Assembly (NCBI GenBank): GCA_041391485.1
Contig: JAWKNY010000023.1
Coordinates: forward strand, 49 to 64,048
Source of the DNA: Bdellovibrionota bacterium
GTDB taxonomy: Bacteria; Bdellovibrionota; FAC87; UBA2466; JACKAF01
Reading direction: 5' to 3'
DNA length: 64,000 bases
Of this stretch, positions 1 to 8,442 are shown piece after piece. The translations under genes and the position numbers were made by a program. The first letter of the stretch is position 1. Each line of letters opens with the position of its first letter. The notes beneath the pieces were generated by a model. It was not told the DNA's origin, did not search any database, and was given only the letters and a program-made list of their open reading frames with translations.

Positions 1-2
1 AC

Positions 3-260
3 GCGCTGGCCTGTGCCGGGATTAAAGGCACCGAGATCGCGGGTCTGGAATATGAGGAGAAACTAGCGGTCTATAGGGAGTTCGCTGCCGCGACTTTGGA
101 CTTGGATGCGCTCGTCGAGCACCAGGCGGCCCCTTGGTTTCGGGATGTCGATGCTTTTAGAAACTCGGATTTTAAGGCGAGTGAAAGGCTTCCTAGCGAC
201 GACGACAAACTCGCCGAGTGGATTGAGCTCGCCGTGCAATGGCATCTGAGTCGTAATTAG
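3..260 (+). CDS. 3' end of an unidentified gene entering from the left edge (partial)
   Basis: Frame 3 is open from the window edge to TAG 258-260. It gives a balanced acidic tail (...DDDKLAEWIELAVQWHLSRN*). The competing 86-aa minus ORF 63..323 is Arg/Pro-rich and lies in the codon-aligned antisense frame. No family recognised. Confidence 0.35.
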   Translation, partial: ALACAGIKGTEIAGLEYEEKLAVYREFAAATLDLDALVEHQAAPWFRDVDAFRNSDFKASERLPSDDDKLAEWIELAVQWHLSRN

Positions 261-314
261 GCCGGGCCGCCGATCCTGGTTGTACGAGTCGCTGGCTAAG
301 GGTAACTTGTCGTC

Positions 315-1631
315 ATGTCCCACCTGCTTGCTGCAAGATTACAGATGGCTCTTTCCCTGGGTTTCCATATCGTGTTCGCGTCGATTGGCATGGCAATGCC
401 ATTTCTGATGCTGACCGCCTACCGGAAATATCTCAAGACTCAAGACCCCGAGTACAAACAGCTTACGCGCGCTTGGACCAAGGGGGTTGCGATCTTCTTT
501 GCCGTCGGCGCGGTTTCCGGAACGGCCTTATCGTTTGAGTTGGGCCTTCTTTGGCCGGGATTTATGAAGTACGCCGGGCCTATCGTCGGGCTTCCTTTTG
601 CCCTCGAGGGGGCTGCCTTCTTTTTAGAAGCCATCGCCATCGGGATATTTCTTTACGGTTGGGACAAGGTGCCCCCCCGTGTGCACTGGGCAAGTGGGCT
701 CGTTGTCGGGCTGTCGGGTGTTACCTCTGCCTTTTTTGTGATTAGCGCCAACGGCTGGATGAACTCACCGGCAGGTTTTGATTGGAACGGTGGCAACCCC
801 ACCAACATTGATCCGGTTGCCGCGATGTTGAACGATGCTTTTTTTCTTCAGGCGGTCCACATGACGGTGGCCGCGTTTCAGGCGGTGGGTTTTGCCGTCG
901 CCGGCATGCACGCGTGGCTCTATAAAAAGCGCGGTTACAGTTTGCACTTAAAAGCCGTTAAGATTGCGCTGTTATGGGGGGCCGTGGCGTCGGTAGTCCA
1001 ACCACTCATTGGGGATCTTTCTGCCAAAGCGGTTGCCGGACGGCAGCCTGAGAAGTTTGCCGCAATGGAGGCCCACTTTGAGACGGAGACCCATGCGGGG
1101 CTTTTGATCGGCGGTATCCCGGATGAGGAAACGGGCGAAGTTAGCTTTGGCTTGCGTCTCCCCGGGCTTTTGAGTTTTCTCGCGCACGGAGATTTTTCTT
1201 CCGCGGTAAAAGGCTTGAAGGAGTTTCCGCGAGAAGATTGGCCGCCGGTTTTAGTGACGCACTTTGCGTTTCAGATCATGGTGGGATTCGGGATGCTGCT
1301 GCTTTTGATAGGCAGCTTGGGTTTGTGGCAGATGTGGCGCGGGAAAGCCTTCTCGGCCGGGTTCCTGAAGACTTTGGTTTTGTGCATCCCTTTCGGGTTT
1401 ATCGCGATGGAGGCCGGTTGGGTGGTGACTGAGGTGGGCAGACAACCGTGGATCATTTATAAATTGTTGAGAACCGCCGAATCGGTAACGCCACGGCCCG
1501 CGGTGTGGGTCACCCTCTTTGGTTACGGGCTTCTCTATCTCTTTCTTTGTGTGGTTTTGGTTTTTGTCATGCAGAGACAGATTAAAACTTTACATAAGCA
1601 GTTGGCGAAGTCCGCGGAAGGAAACCCGTAA
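315..1631 (+). CDS. cydA: cytochrome bd ubiquinol oxidase subunit I (short Q-loop, CioA-like length)
   Basis: 438-aa polytopic membrane ORF with an ATG start. The N-terminus (LQMALSLGFHIVFASIGMAMPFLML) and the C-terminal EVGRQPWIIY segment are typical of CydA. TAATG overlap with the next gene. Confidence 0.9.
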   Translation: MSHLLAARLQMALSLGFHIVFASIGMAMPFLMLTAYRKYLKTQDPEYKQLTRAWTKGVAIFFAVGAVSGTALSFELGLLWPGFMKYAGPIVGLPFALEGAAFFLEAIAIGIFLYGWDKVPPRVHWASGLVVGLSGVTSAFFVISANGWMNSPAGFDWNGGNPTNIDPVAAMLNDAFFLQAVHMTVAAFQAVGFAVAGMHAWLYKKRGYSLHLKAVKIALLWGAVASVVQPLIGDLSAKAVAGRQPEKFAAMEAHFETETHAGLLIGGIPDEETGEVSFGLRLPGLLSFLAHGDFSSAVKGLKEFPREDWPPVLVTHFAFQIMVGFGMLLLLIGSLGLWQMWRGKAFSAGFLKTLVLCIPFGFIAMEAGWVVTEVGRQPWIIYKLLRTAESVTPRPAVWVTLFGYGLLYLFLCVVLVFVMQRQIKTLHKQLAKSAEGNP

Positions 1632-2635
1632 TGGTTCTTGCCTTACTATTGTTTCTGGCTCTTAGCTTGCTGCTTTATGCACTGCTTGGCGGTGCCGATT
1701 TTGGTGCCGGTATTTTGGAACTGGGCCGCATGGGAAGGATGGGCAAACAAGAGCACGCGCTGGTCCAGCGGGCAATGGCACCGGTCTGGGAAGCCAATCA
1801 TATTTGGCTTATTGTGGCGGTCGTGATCGTGTTCATGGGCTTTCCGCCTGTCTATACGACGGTATGCACGTTTCTTTTTATCCCGCTGATGTGCGTGCTA
1901 CTGGGAATTGTGGCGCGCGGCTGCGCTTTTGTTTTGCGTTACTATGATGCGGCCGCCGATCACTCGGGGCTCTACTCAGGTATTTTTGCGGTGAGTAGTG
2001 CGTTCTGCACTTTTTTTCTGGGTGTGCTAGCCGGTGCGATGACCTTTGGGGGGCTCGACCCGTCAGCGACAGAGTTTGGACCTGCTTACCTAAGCCCGTG
2101 GCTCAATTTGCATTGCGCCTTCACCGGTGTTTTTGCTTGCGCGCTTTTTAGTTTTTTGGCGGCTTTGTACTTGAGCGGTGAAGCTGAGGTGAAGGCCTTG
2201 CAAGAGGATTTTCAGCGACGAGCCGCGTACGCGAGCATCGGGATGGTGGTTGCCGGTGCTGCGGTGTTTGCGACGCAACCGGGTTTGGTGACCAAGTTCA
2301 TCGAAACGCCTCTTGCTCTGAGTTGCTTTTTCCTGGCCACACTTTTGATGGCGCAGCTTTGGTATGCGTTTAGGTACATGAAGGCGACACGCAGCGTGCG
2401 CTTCTGGACGCGTGCGGCCGGTGCCGGTGTCGTTGCGATGGTGATGCTCGGCTGGTATTCGGTGGTCTTCCCCGCGGCGCTGGTTTTTCGTGAAGGCGTT
2501 TTGACCTACTACGAAGCCGCTGCCCCTCTGCCGGTGCTCAAAGCTCTACTTATCGCCCTCATCGTCGGCATCGCGGTCATCATCCCCGCGCTTATTTACT
2601 TGTTTAAGATTTTTAAGTGGGAAGTGCTGGAGTAG
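1631..2635 (+). CDS. cydB: cytochrome bd ubiquinol oxidase subunit II
   Basis: 334-aa polytopic ORF translationally coupled to cydA. The N-terminal LLGGADFGAGILEL and WEANHIWL motifs are characteristic of CydB. Confidence 0.9.
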   Translation: MVLALLLFLALSLLLYALLGGADFGAGILELGRMGRMGKQEHALVQRAMAPVWEANHIWLIVAVVIVFMGFPPVYTTVCTFLFIPLMCVLLGIVARGCAFVLRYYDAAADHSGLYSGIFAVSSAFCTFFLGVLAGAMTFGGLDPSATEFGPAYLSPWLNLHCAFTGVFACALFSFLAALYLSGEAEVKALQEDFQRRAAYASIGMVVAGAAVFATQPGLVTKFIETPLALSCFFLATLLMAQLWYAFRYMKATRSVRFWTRAAGAGVVAMVMLGWYSVVFPAALVFREGVLTYYEAAAPLPVLKALLIALIVGIAVIIPALIYLFKIFKWEVLE

Positions 2636-2640
2636 TTTAG

Positions 2641-2654
2641 CTGTCGCGCGACAG
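2641..2654 (+). terminator. weak GC hairpin just after the cydB stop
   Basis: The palindrome ctgtcgcgcgacag sits 6 nt after the TAG and is followed by gttattgtgt. The stem is short and the T-tract poor, so this is tentative. Confidence 0.3.
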
Positions 2655-2666
2655 GTTATTGTGTCC

Positions 2667-2703
2667 CAACGGAGTGAGAAAGTGCGCCAGCAGGGCTCGA
2701 CCC
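2667..2703 (-). repeat. partial duplicate of the tRNA-Lys 3' end (T-arm plus acceptor 3' strand) with its 3' trailer
   Basis: caacggagtgagaaagtgcgccagcaggg is identical at 2667-2695 and 2741-2769. Similarity continues (ctcgaccc versus actcgaacccc) with two 1-nt gaps. The copies are 74 nt apart, and the copy lies 3' of the intact tRNA. Confidence 0.8.
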
Positions 2704-2756
2704 TGAAGCGGAGCGGAAGGAACGAGTCTTGGGAGTTTCGCAACGGAGTGAGAAAG

Positions 2757-2829
2757 TGCGCCAGCAGGGACTCGAACCCCGGGCCCGATGATTAAGAGTC
2801 ATCTGCTCTACCAACTGAGCTACTGGCGC
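2757..2829 (-). tRNA. tRNA-Lys (anticodon CTT)
   Basis: Reverse complement GCGCCAG-TA-GCTC-AGTTGGTA-GAGC-A-GATGA-CTCTTAA-TCATC-GGGCC-CGGGG-TTCGAGT-CCCTG-CTGGCGC-A folds as a 73-nt cloverleaf. CCA is not encoded. Confidence 0.9.
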
Positions 2830-2890
2830 ATACAGTAATTGTCCTTAGTTAATGGACCCCTGGCGAGTTGTCCACCCCAAATTTTCCCAA

Positions 2891-4668
2891 TTAATGCGAG
2901 TGGATGAGCCGGTTGAAGAGGCGGGAGCGCTTCAGGCTCTTCTTGAGGGGCGTAAGCCAGGGCAGGTTCTCGGCCAAGGTGGCGGGGAGCCCGCTACCCA
3001 GTAAGCCCTTCACTGTCAGAGGCAGCCTCGGGACCCGGTTATAGCCCAGGTCCGCACGCACCATCCGCTGGAGAATCTCGGGGTACTCCTCCTCCAGGCG
3101 GCACTCATTCCAGTAGTTATAGCGCACCCCTTGGGTGGCGCTTTCGAGGTGCTCGGCGCATAGGTGGCCGAGGTAGAGGTTGTGCTTCTCCTGCCGCAGG
3201 CATTCAAAGTTAAAGGCCACATCCCCAAAGTTGTTATAAAAATCAAAGGGGTCCATCCCACCGGCGGCCTTAAAGGTCTTGCGGGTAAAAGCACTGGCCG
3301 CAAAGGTACCGGCAAAGACCTCTTTATTCTGCAGCGTGAAGTTCTCAGTATCCGTAATATGGCGAATGCGGACCAGGCGGTTGAAGCCCCCGTAGCTCGC
3401 TTCCATTCCGCCGTACTGCAAGTTCCCATCCGGGAAATTGAGGCGGCACCCGACGGTTCCGACCCAATCAAACTGCAGCCAGCGTGCAAAATCGTCCAGC
3501 GCGTACTTGCCGTCGAAAAACACGTCGTTATTGAGCAGAAAGATTAAATCGCCTTCTGCGTGTTCCTCAATCGCCCAATTGTGCATGGCCGCGTAGTTAA
3601 ACCGATGGGGGTAGTCGACAAGCTTGATCGGAAAGGCGTAGCGTTCAGTTTCCTTTCGAATGAGGTTCAAATTCCTCGGGACGGGACTGGTTATTGACCA
3701 GAATCACTTCCCGCGTTCACCGCGCCCATCTGCCGCGAAAGACTCTCCAAACACCGCGCGGTCCACTTGGCGTTGTTCTTAAAACGTACGATCACCGAAA
3801 AACAGGAGTTCTTCAGTGGCGCCAGATGTGGTTTCACCACCATGGTCTTTAGCTTGTGCGATTCGGCGATAGCGGGAAACCCGATGCGATCCAAATGCGC
3901 CTGCACAAGAGGGGGCAAGGTCCCAATTGCTGGTTTTGGGCGCTCGCGGTGGTAGTACAGAAAACTGGAAACGGAAGCAAAACGCCCCTTGGCTTCATGT
4001 AAACGCAGCAGCAAATCGTGCTCAGCATGTGGGTGAGCGTCCTTATGAAAGCCGCCTACTTTTTCAAAAAGGGATCGGGAAACGACAAAGTTGTTTCCGA
4101 TGTAGTTAAAGTGCAGAAGGTCAAACCAGCTGAATTCTGGCTTGGATAAAAAATTTTCGGTGCGCTTGCCTTGGGCGTCGATTTGGACTTCGTGGCAGTA
4201 AAGAACATCGGCACCCTCGCCTTGCAACTGCCGAGCCCACTCAAATAGCGCCGAGGGGGCAAGAACTCCGCCCGATTCCATAAAGATCAGATAATCGCCC
4301 GATCCTTTATGTACCGCTTCGTTCAACTGCGAGCAGAGCAAACGCGATGTTCCGCTAAGCGCCCAATGAAAACGCGGATCTTTCTGCGCGCTTAATTCTT
4401 TCAGCCAAACCTTGGTGGGGTTTTCGGCAACCAGCAACACGTCAAACTTGGGGTAAGACTGCAAACGCAGGCTGGCGATGCTTTGACCGAGTTCTCGAGC
4501 GGTCGTGTCGTGCTCAACGGGGAGCAGCACCGTGAAGCGGGGTTGGAACTCAAGCAGGCGCACGCTTCTCTTCTGATCTTCGATCTTCTCTTCCAAGTCA
4601 GAGTTGTCCTCAGGGCGGCCGAAGGTCGCCCAGGGAAAATGGCGCAGGCTGCGTGGAAATCCACTCAC
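2891..4668 (-). pseudogene. two-domain family-2 glycosyltransferase, frame broken at about 3660-3720
   Basis: ORFs 3691..4809 and 2891..3670 each carry GT2-like signatures (FTVLLPVEHD..SL.LQSYP.FDVLLV; CFSVIVRFKNN; DLIFLLNNDVFF). The expected ..EVILVNNQSRPEEF.. segment is readable only in the third frame at the junction, so two frame changes are needed. Start proposed at GTG 4668, preceded by GAGGAG. Confidence 0.65.
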
Positions 4669-4732
4669 GTTAGACGGCTCCTCTTCACGCGAAGCACGGT
4701 AGCACGGAACGCCTCTGCTCGCCAACGCCCGC

Positions 4733-5974
4733 TTAGGGCGTCTGGTGAAGCAAATCGGCCCGTGGGGGTACCCAGTTGGGCGTGTTTTTGGGGCAGATCG
4801 GCGGGTCAAGTGGCGCGGTCAGCTCGGCGAAGTCGGCCCCCTTACGCCGGTCAAAGCGCATGTCCCCAAGGGTCAGGCTTTTGGGGTTCTGGATAGCAAA
4901 AGGCGCGCGCGCGAACTTCAGGTACTCCGTAGCGAAGCAGTTTTGGGAGTGGAGCTCGCGCAGGTTCTCGGCCGAGCCTTCAAAGTATCCCAAAAACTGG
5001 ATCCCCGGTGTGGATCGATAGGGGAAACGTTGAACGGGGGCGGTGCTTTCGGTGAACTTAAAAAAGTCGCAGCGGCTTGCTTCATACGCCTGCGGGTAGG
5101 GCGCGACCAGCGCCCGGATCACGCGGTACTGCTTTCGATCGTCGCTTTCCTGAATCTCCATGACGGCCCAGCAAAAAGGGTTGGAAGGCATGGGACTTGC
5201 GATGGTGTCGAGGTGAGTCCACCCGTCTGCGGGAAAAGTGGCGAGCACGTAAGCCTTGGCGAGTCGAGAACTAATGACAAACGAACTTAAGACCACGAGC
5301 AAAGCGGCCGAGGTGACAAAGACTCTAAAAAGCGGTTTGAGTTTCGCGATGGCAAAGTAAAGTGCCACCCCCCAGATCGTTACCAGCAGCGCCATGCCTA
5401 TGGGCACCAAGCCCGTCACCCAAAGCAGGGCCAAGGCCACACACCAAACCAGTGCAAAAAACAAACGAGGGATTTTCCATGGTGTCAGCTGAACCAGTAC
5501 CGGAATCAACGTAATCCAGATCCAAGGCTCCACAATAAAAACTGAGTCGTCGTAGTACCACGTGTTTTGAAATGGCCAGAAGGGGTGAATGCCATAGGAG
5601 TTAAGGCCATCCAGAAAAATGTGCACGGCGATCCCAAACGCCGCCATCAACCAAAGATAGCCGAAGTCCTTTCGGCTCAAATCAAGCTTTTTCCAGCGAT
5701 TGTAAAGATAAAGCGGCAACAGAATGGCGATCGCTTGAGGCAAGATCGTTGCAAGCGTGTGGGTGTGGCCGCGGTGGTGAAGCAGATAACCCAACGGCCC
5801 TTTGGTGATAGGAGAGTAAAAAAAATCCAAATCCGGTAGGTTGTTAGCTAATAGAGAGACCAACCACATGGAGGCGTGGGCAACTTTTGAAACATTGTCG
5901 CCCTTGTACCGACGGTATTGGACGGCTTCTTCGGCGATGGCGATTCCAATGAGGGAGTGAGTAATATTGTCCAC
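4733..5974 (-). CDS. membrane-bound metal-dependent hydrolase (YdjM/DUF457-like) with a C-terminal extracytoplasmic domain
   Basis: 413-aa ORF with a GTG start. The N-terminus (DNITHSLIGIAIAE ... LLHHRGHTHTL) matches the DUF457/YdjM pattern, followed by several TM helices. Confidence 0.55.
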   Translation of the reverse strand: MDNITHSLIGIAIAEEAVQYRRYKGDNVSKVAHASMWLVSLLANNLPDLDFFYSPITKGPLGYLLHHRGHTHTLATILPQAIAILLPLYLYNRWKKLDLSRKDFGYLWLMAAFGIAVHIFLDGLNSYGIHPFWPFQNTWYYDDSVFIVEPWIWITLIPVLVQLTPWKIPRLFFALVWCVALALLWVTGLVPIGMALLVTIWGVALYFAIAKLKPLFRVFVTSAALLVVLSSFVISSRLAKAYVLATFPADGWTHLDTIASPMPSNPFCWAVMEIQESDDRKQYRVIRALVAPYPQAYEASRCDFFKFTESTAPVQRFPYRSTPGIQFLGYFEGSAENLRELHSQNCFATEYLKFARAPFAIQNPKSLTLGDMRFDRRKGADFAELTAPLDPPICPKNTPNWVPPRADLLHQTP

Positions 5975-6095
5975 GGTTGGTCTTGCCTCCTCTTAGACGC
6001 GCCGAATCGAGCGACGGTCTTAAGAAGTCTTACTATAGCAGTTGGAGAAAAATATTTCGTTTGAGTTCTTTCAACTGTTACATTCGATTAAGCAG

Positions 6096-7127
6096 ATGAC
6101 GGAAGAACTTCAAAAACTAGTCGACATGGTCCGGGAAGCCGGACGTATCCTACTCCACTTCCGGAAAGAAGGCTTTCAAGTGGAATGGAAAGCCGACGAT
6201 TCTCCGGTCACCCAAGCAGACAAAAAGGCGAACGCCTTTATCGTAGAAGCCTTGTCTCGTCTGACTCCCGGTATTCCCGTGATTGCAGAAGAGTCTGCGG
6301 CTCCCGACTACGAAACACGCAAGGGATGGCAGCAATTCTGGCTGGTCGATCCCCTGGACGGCACCAAAGAATTTATGCGAGGCTCGGAAGAGTTTACGGT
6401 CAATGTCGCGCGCATCGAGAAAGGTGTGCCTGTAGTGGGAGTGATCTACGCTCCGGTCCCCGATACCTTATATTACGCGAGTCAGTCAGCGGGCAGCTGG
6501 AAGGTCGTAGAAGGGGGTGCCCCGGTGCGATTGATGCGCAATGAAACTCGCTCCCCCTACCGCGTGGTGCTGAGCCGTTCGCACCCCTCACCGCTTGATG
6601 ATGAGTTTCTCAACACGTTACGAGTGCGTGGTGTGGTACGAGCCGGTAGTTCGCTTAAGTTTGCGGCACTGGCTGAAGATCGCGCGGATCTGTACCCGCG
6701 CTTTTCTCCGTGTATGGAATGGGATGTGGCGGCCGGGGATGCGATCTATAGGTACTCAAGTTCCGACAGAGGAAAGAGTCCACTGATTTACAACAAGCCG
6801 TCCCTGAGAAATGGGCCCTTCGTGGTGGGCGCAGCGAGCAAGTATGATTTAAAAAAAGGGGGGCTCATTGCGCTAACCGGTGCGGTGACTGAAGGTTTTT
6901 TGGAAAGCCTACGAGGCAATCTGCTTGGTTATGGGTACGATTGTCGGATAGCGGAGCCCACGAGCGATCTTTCGCCGTCCTCGTTGACAACTACTTGGTG
7001 GCTGACTGGAGACAAGTCTCTTGCGCCGTCGATCGCAGATTCTGCAATCCACTATGCGGTTCGTGAAGAGTTCCCTACCGAGGGGAATGTGCTCGCCATT
7101 TTGGAAAAGTTAGCTCAGAAAAATTAG
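6096..7127 (+). CDS. cysQ: 3'(2'),5'-bisphosphate nucleotidase (inositol monophosphatase fold) with a roughly 90-aa C-terminal extension
   Basis: KADDSPVTQADKKAN, WLVDPLDGTKEF and WDVAAGDAI motifs of the CysQ/IMPase family. ATG 6096 preferred over the upstream TTG 6042. Confidence 0.75.
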   Translation: MTEELQKLVDMVREAGRILLHFRKEGFQVEWKADDSPVTQADKKANAFIVEALSRLTPGIPVIAEESAAPDYETRKGWQQFWLVDPLDGTKEFMRGSEEFTVNVARIEKGVPVVGVIYAPVPDTLYYASQSAGSWKVVEGGAPVRLMRNETRSPYRVVLSRSHPSPLDDEFLNTLRVRGVVRAGSSLKFAALAEDRADLYPRFSPCMEWDVAAGDAIYRYSSSDRGKSPLIYNKPSLRNGPFVVGAASKYDLKKGGLIALTGAVTEGFLESLRGNLLGYGYDCRIAEPTSDLSPSSLTTTWWLTGDKSLAPSIADSAIHYAVREEFPTEGNVLAILEKLAQKN

Positions 7128-7166
7128 GGGTCTATTCGACTGGCTGGGATTGGTTCAGCATGCAGC

Positions 7167-7364
7167 TTACGATGCTCGCTTCGTCTGCGGCACTGAAATT
7201 TTGGGGAACATTGTTCCCGTAAAGCAAAGCCAAGCAAAAGTTTTTTGCTGCAGAAGGACCTCGTCCGAGGCGGCTGCGGCGTTTGCTTTTGGGGAAAGTA
7301 GCGTCAGCACAATTCCCAGACCGATAACAAGTAGTCTTGCGATAAGCTTCTTGCGATTCTTCAT
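7167..7364 (-). CDS. small putative secreted protein
   Basis: 65-aa ORF with a signal-peptide-like N-terminus (MKNRKKLIARLLVIGLGIVLTLLSPKANA). No homology recognised. Confidence 0.3.
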   Translation of the reverse strand: MKNRKKLIARLLVIGLGIVLTLLSPKANAAAASDEVLLQQKTFAWLCFTGTMFPKISVPQTKRAS

Positions 7365-7373
7365 AAAGACTCC

Positions 7374-8132
7374 CTAACCGTTGACGACCATGGGTTTGAG
7401 TTCTGCTGGCGCAGTTGCCGCCACCGTGCAAGTCGGTCGCGAGAACGCTTCAGCTACAATCTGCTGTTGCGGGATGCGCAAAACGTTTCTCAGAAGCGTG
7501 GTGACGCTTTGGACAACGGCTCCCGCGCCGCAGACATAAAAATTAGCGCCGTAGTAACCGGCCTCTTGCGGCAGATTGCGCAATACATCTGTTACCCGGC
7601 CGCGCATGCCGATCCAAAGGCGAGTCGGCTGCGAAAGCGCACAAAAAACTTGAGCACCCAGGGCTTCCAGTTCGCCCCGGTAAAGAATTTCACTTTCCGT
7701 TCGGTAGCCCGTTATCACGTAAACGTTGGCCGGTCTATTTTTCTTAAATTCTTCTGATTGCAAAATGGATCGAATGGGAGCGATTCCCGTACCCGTCGCG
7801 ATAAAAACCGCCGCTTGGGCGTCGGATTGCCGGTAGCTGTAATGCCCGAAGGGCGCGCGCGCCACAAACGTATCGCCCGCTTTGAGGCCGCTTAGGTAAG
7901 TGCTGCCCTTTCCACCGGGGACTTCTTTAATGCAGAGTTCGTAACCATTTTTCTCGGCGTCTTCAGGCGAGTTGGCGAACGAATAACAGCGCCACTCTTT
8001 ACCTACCTGCACACTCACAAATTGGCCGGCGCGAAACTTAAGCCGTCGGTTGGCTTTGAAAAAAATTCTAAATACGGTCGGGCTCAGTTGATCCCGTTTA
8101 ATCACCGTGCATTTCAGCTTTTTGGCGAACAT
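7374..8132 (-). CDS. ferredoxin-NADP reductase-like FAD/NAD(P)-binding oxidoreductase
   Basis: RAGQFVSV..RCYSFANSP (the FAD RxYS motif), GGKGSTYL and FIATGTGIAPIRSIL motifs. Start taken at the internal ATG (MFAKKL...). Confidence 0.75.
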   Translation of the reverse strand: MFAKKLKCTVIKRDQLSPTVFRIFFKANRRLKFRAGQFVSVQVGKEWRCYSFANSPEDAEKNGYELCIKEVPGGKGSTYLSGLKAGDTFVARAPFGHYSYRQSDAQAAVFIATGTGIAPIRSILQSEEFKKNRPANVYVITGYRTESEILYRGELEALGAQVFCALSQPTRLWIGMRGRVTDVLRNLPQEAGYYGANFYVCGAGAVVQSVTTLLRNVLRIPQQQIVAEAFSRPTCTVAATAPAELKPMVVNG

Positions 8133-8355
8133 TTGATTTCCAAGGCTAATGGGTTGGGTGTGGTACAAAGGTGGGGGGTCTTGGCCTTCAAGATTGCAAA
8201 GGGAGTACCAGCCTGCCAGGCACGAAAAGCCGCGAGAAACTGGCTAGCTCCTGCCTACCCAAGCCCAAACGGGACCTCGATCGCGCCATAAATTACTGTA
8301 TTATCAATTACTTAATCCTGGTGTCTGCCCTGTATACGCCCTGAATACCCTATAC

Positions 8356-8442
8356 AGGTACCACGTTCCTTTTTTGACAAGCCTGTGGATAACTCCAGGC
8401 ACAAACAATCCACAACGTTGTAAAAAAAGGAACGTGGTACCT
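8356..8442. repeat. perfect 20-bp inverted repeat with a 47-nt spacer, abutting the recQ stop
   Basis: aggtaccacgttcctttttt (8356-8375) is the exact reverse complement of aaaaaaggaacgtggtacct (8423-8442). The spacer contains TGTGGATAA (8383-8391), a perfect DnaA-box complement. An 8-bp palindrome (cctgtata/tatacagg) lies immediately upstream at 8329-8358. Confidence 0.85.

Noticed and set aside
63-323. An 86-aa minus-strand ORF upstream of cydA as a small regulator.
   Set aside because: The composition is Arg/Pro-rich and no motif is evident. It overlaps a better-looking + strand reading frame that is open to the window edge, and it would overlap the cydA start.
3016-3547. ORFs 3016..3489 (-) and 3164..3547 (+) nested inside the glycosyltransferase gene.
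   Set aside because: These are alternative-frame and antisense readings of a gene with clear GT2 motifs. Their composition is low-complexity and Arg/Ala/Pro-rich.
8383-8415. DnaA-box sequences (TGTGGATAA and AATCCACAA) as a possible replication origin.
   Set aside because: There are only two boxes, with no AT-rich unwinding element and no dnaA, dnaN or gidA neighbourhood. They lie between recQ and a reductase gene. They are kept only as a component of the palindrome finding.
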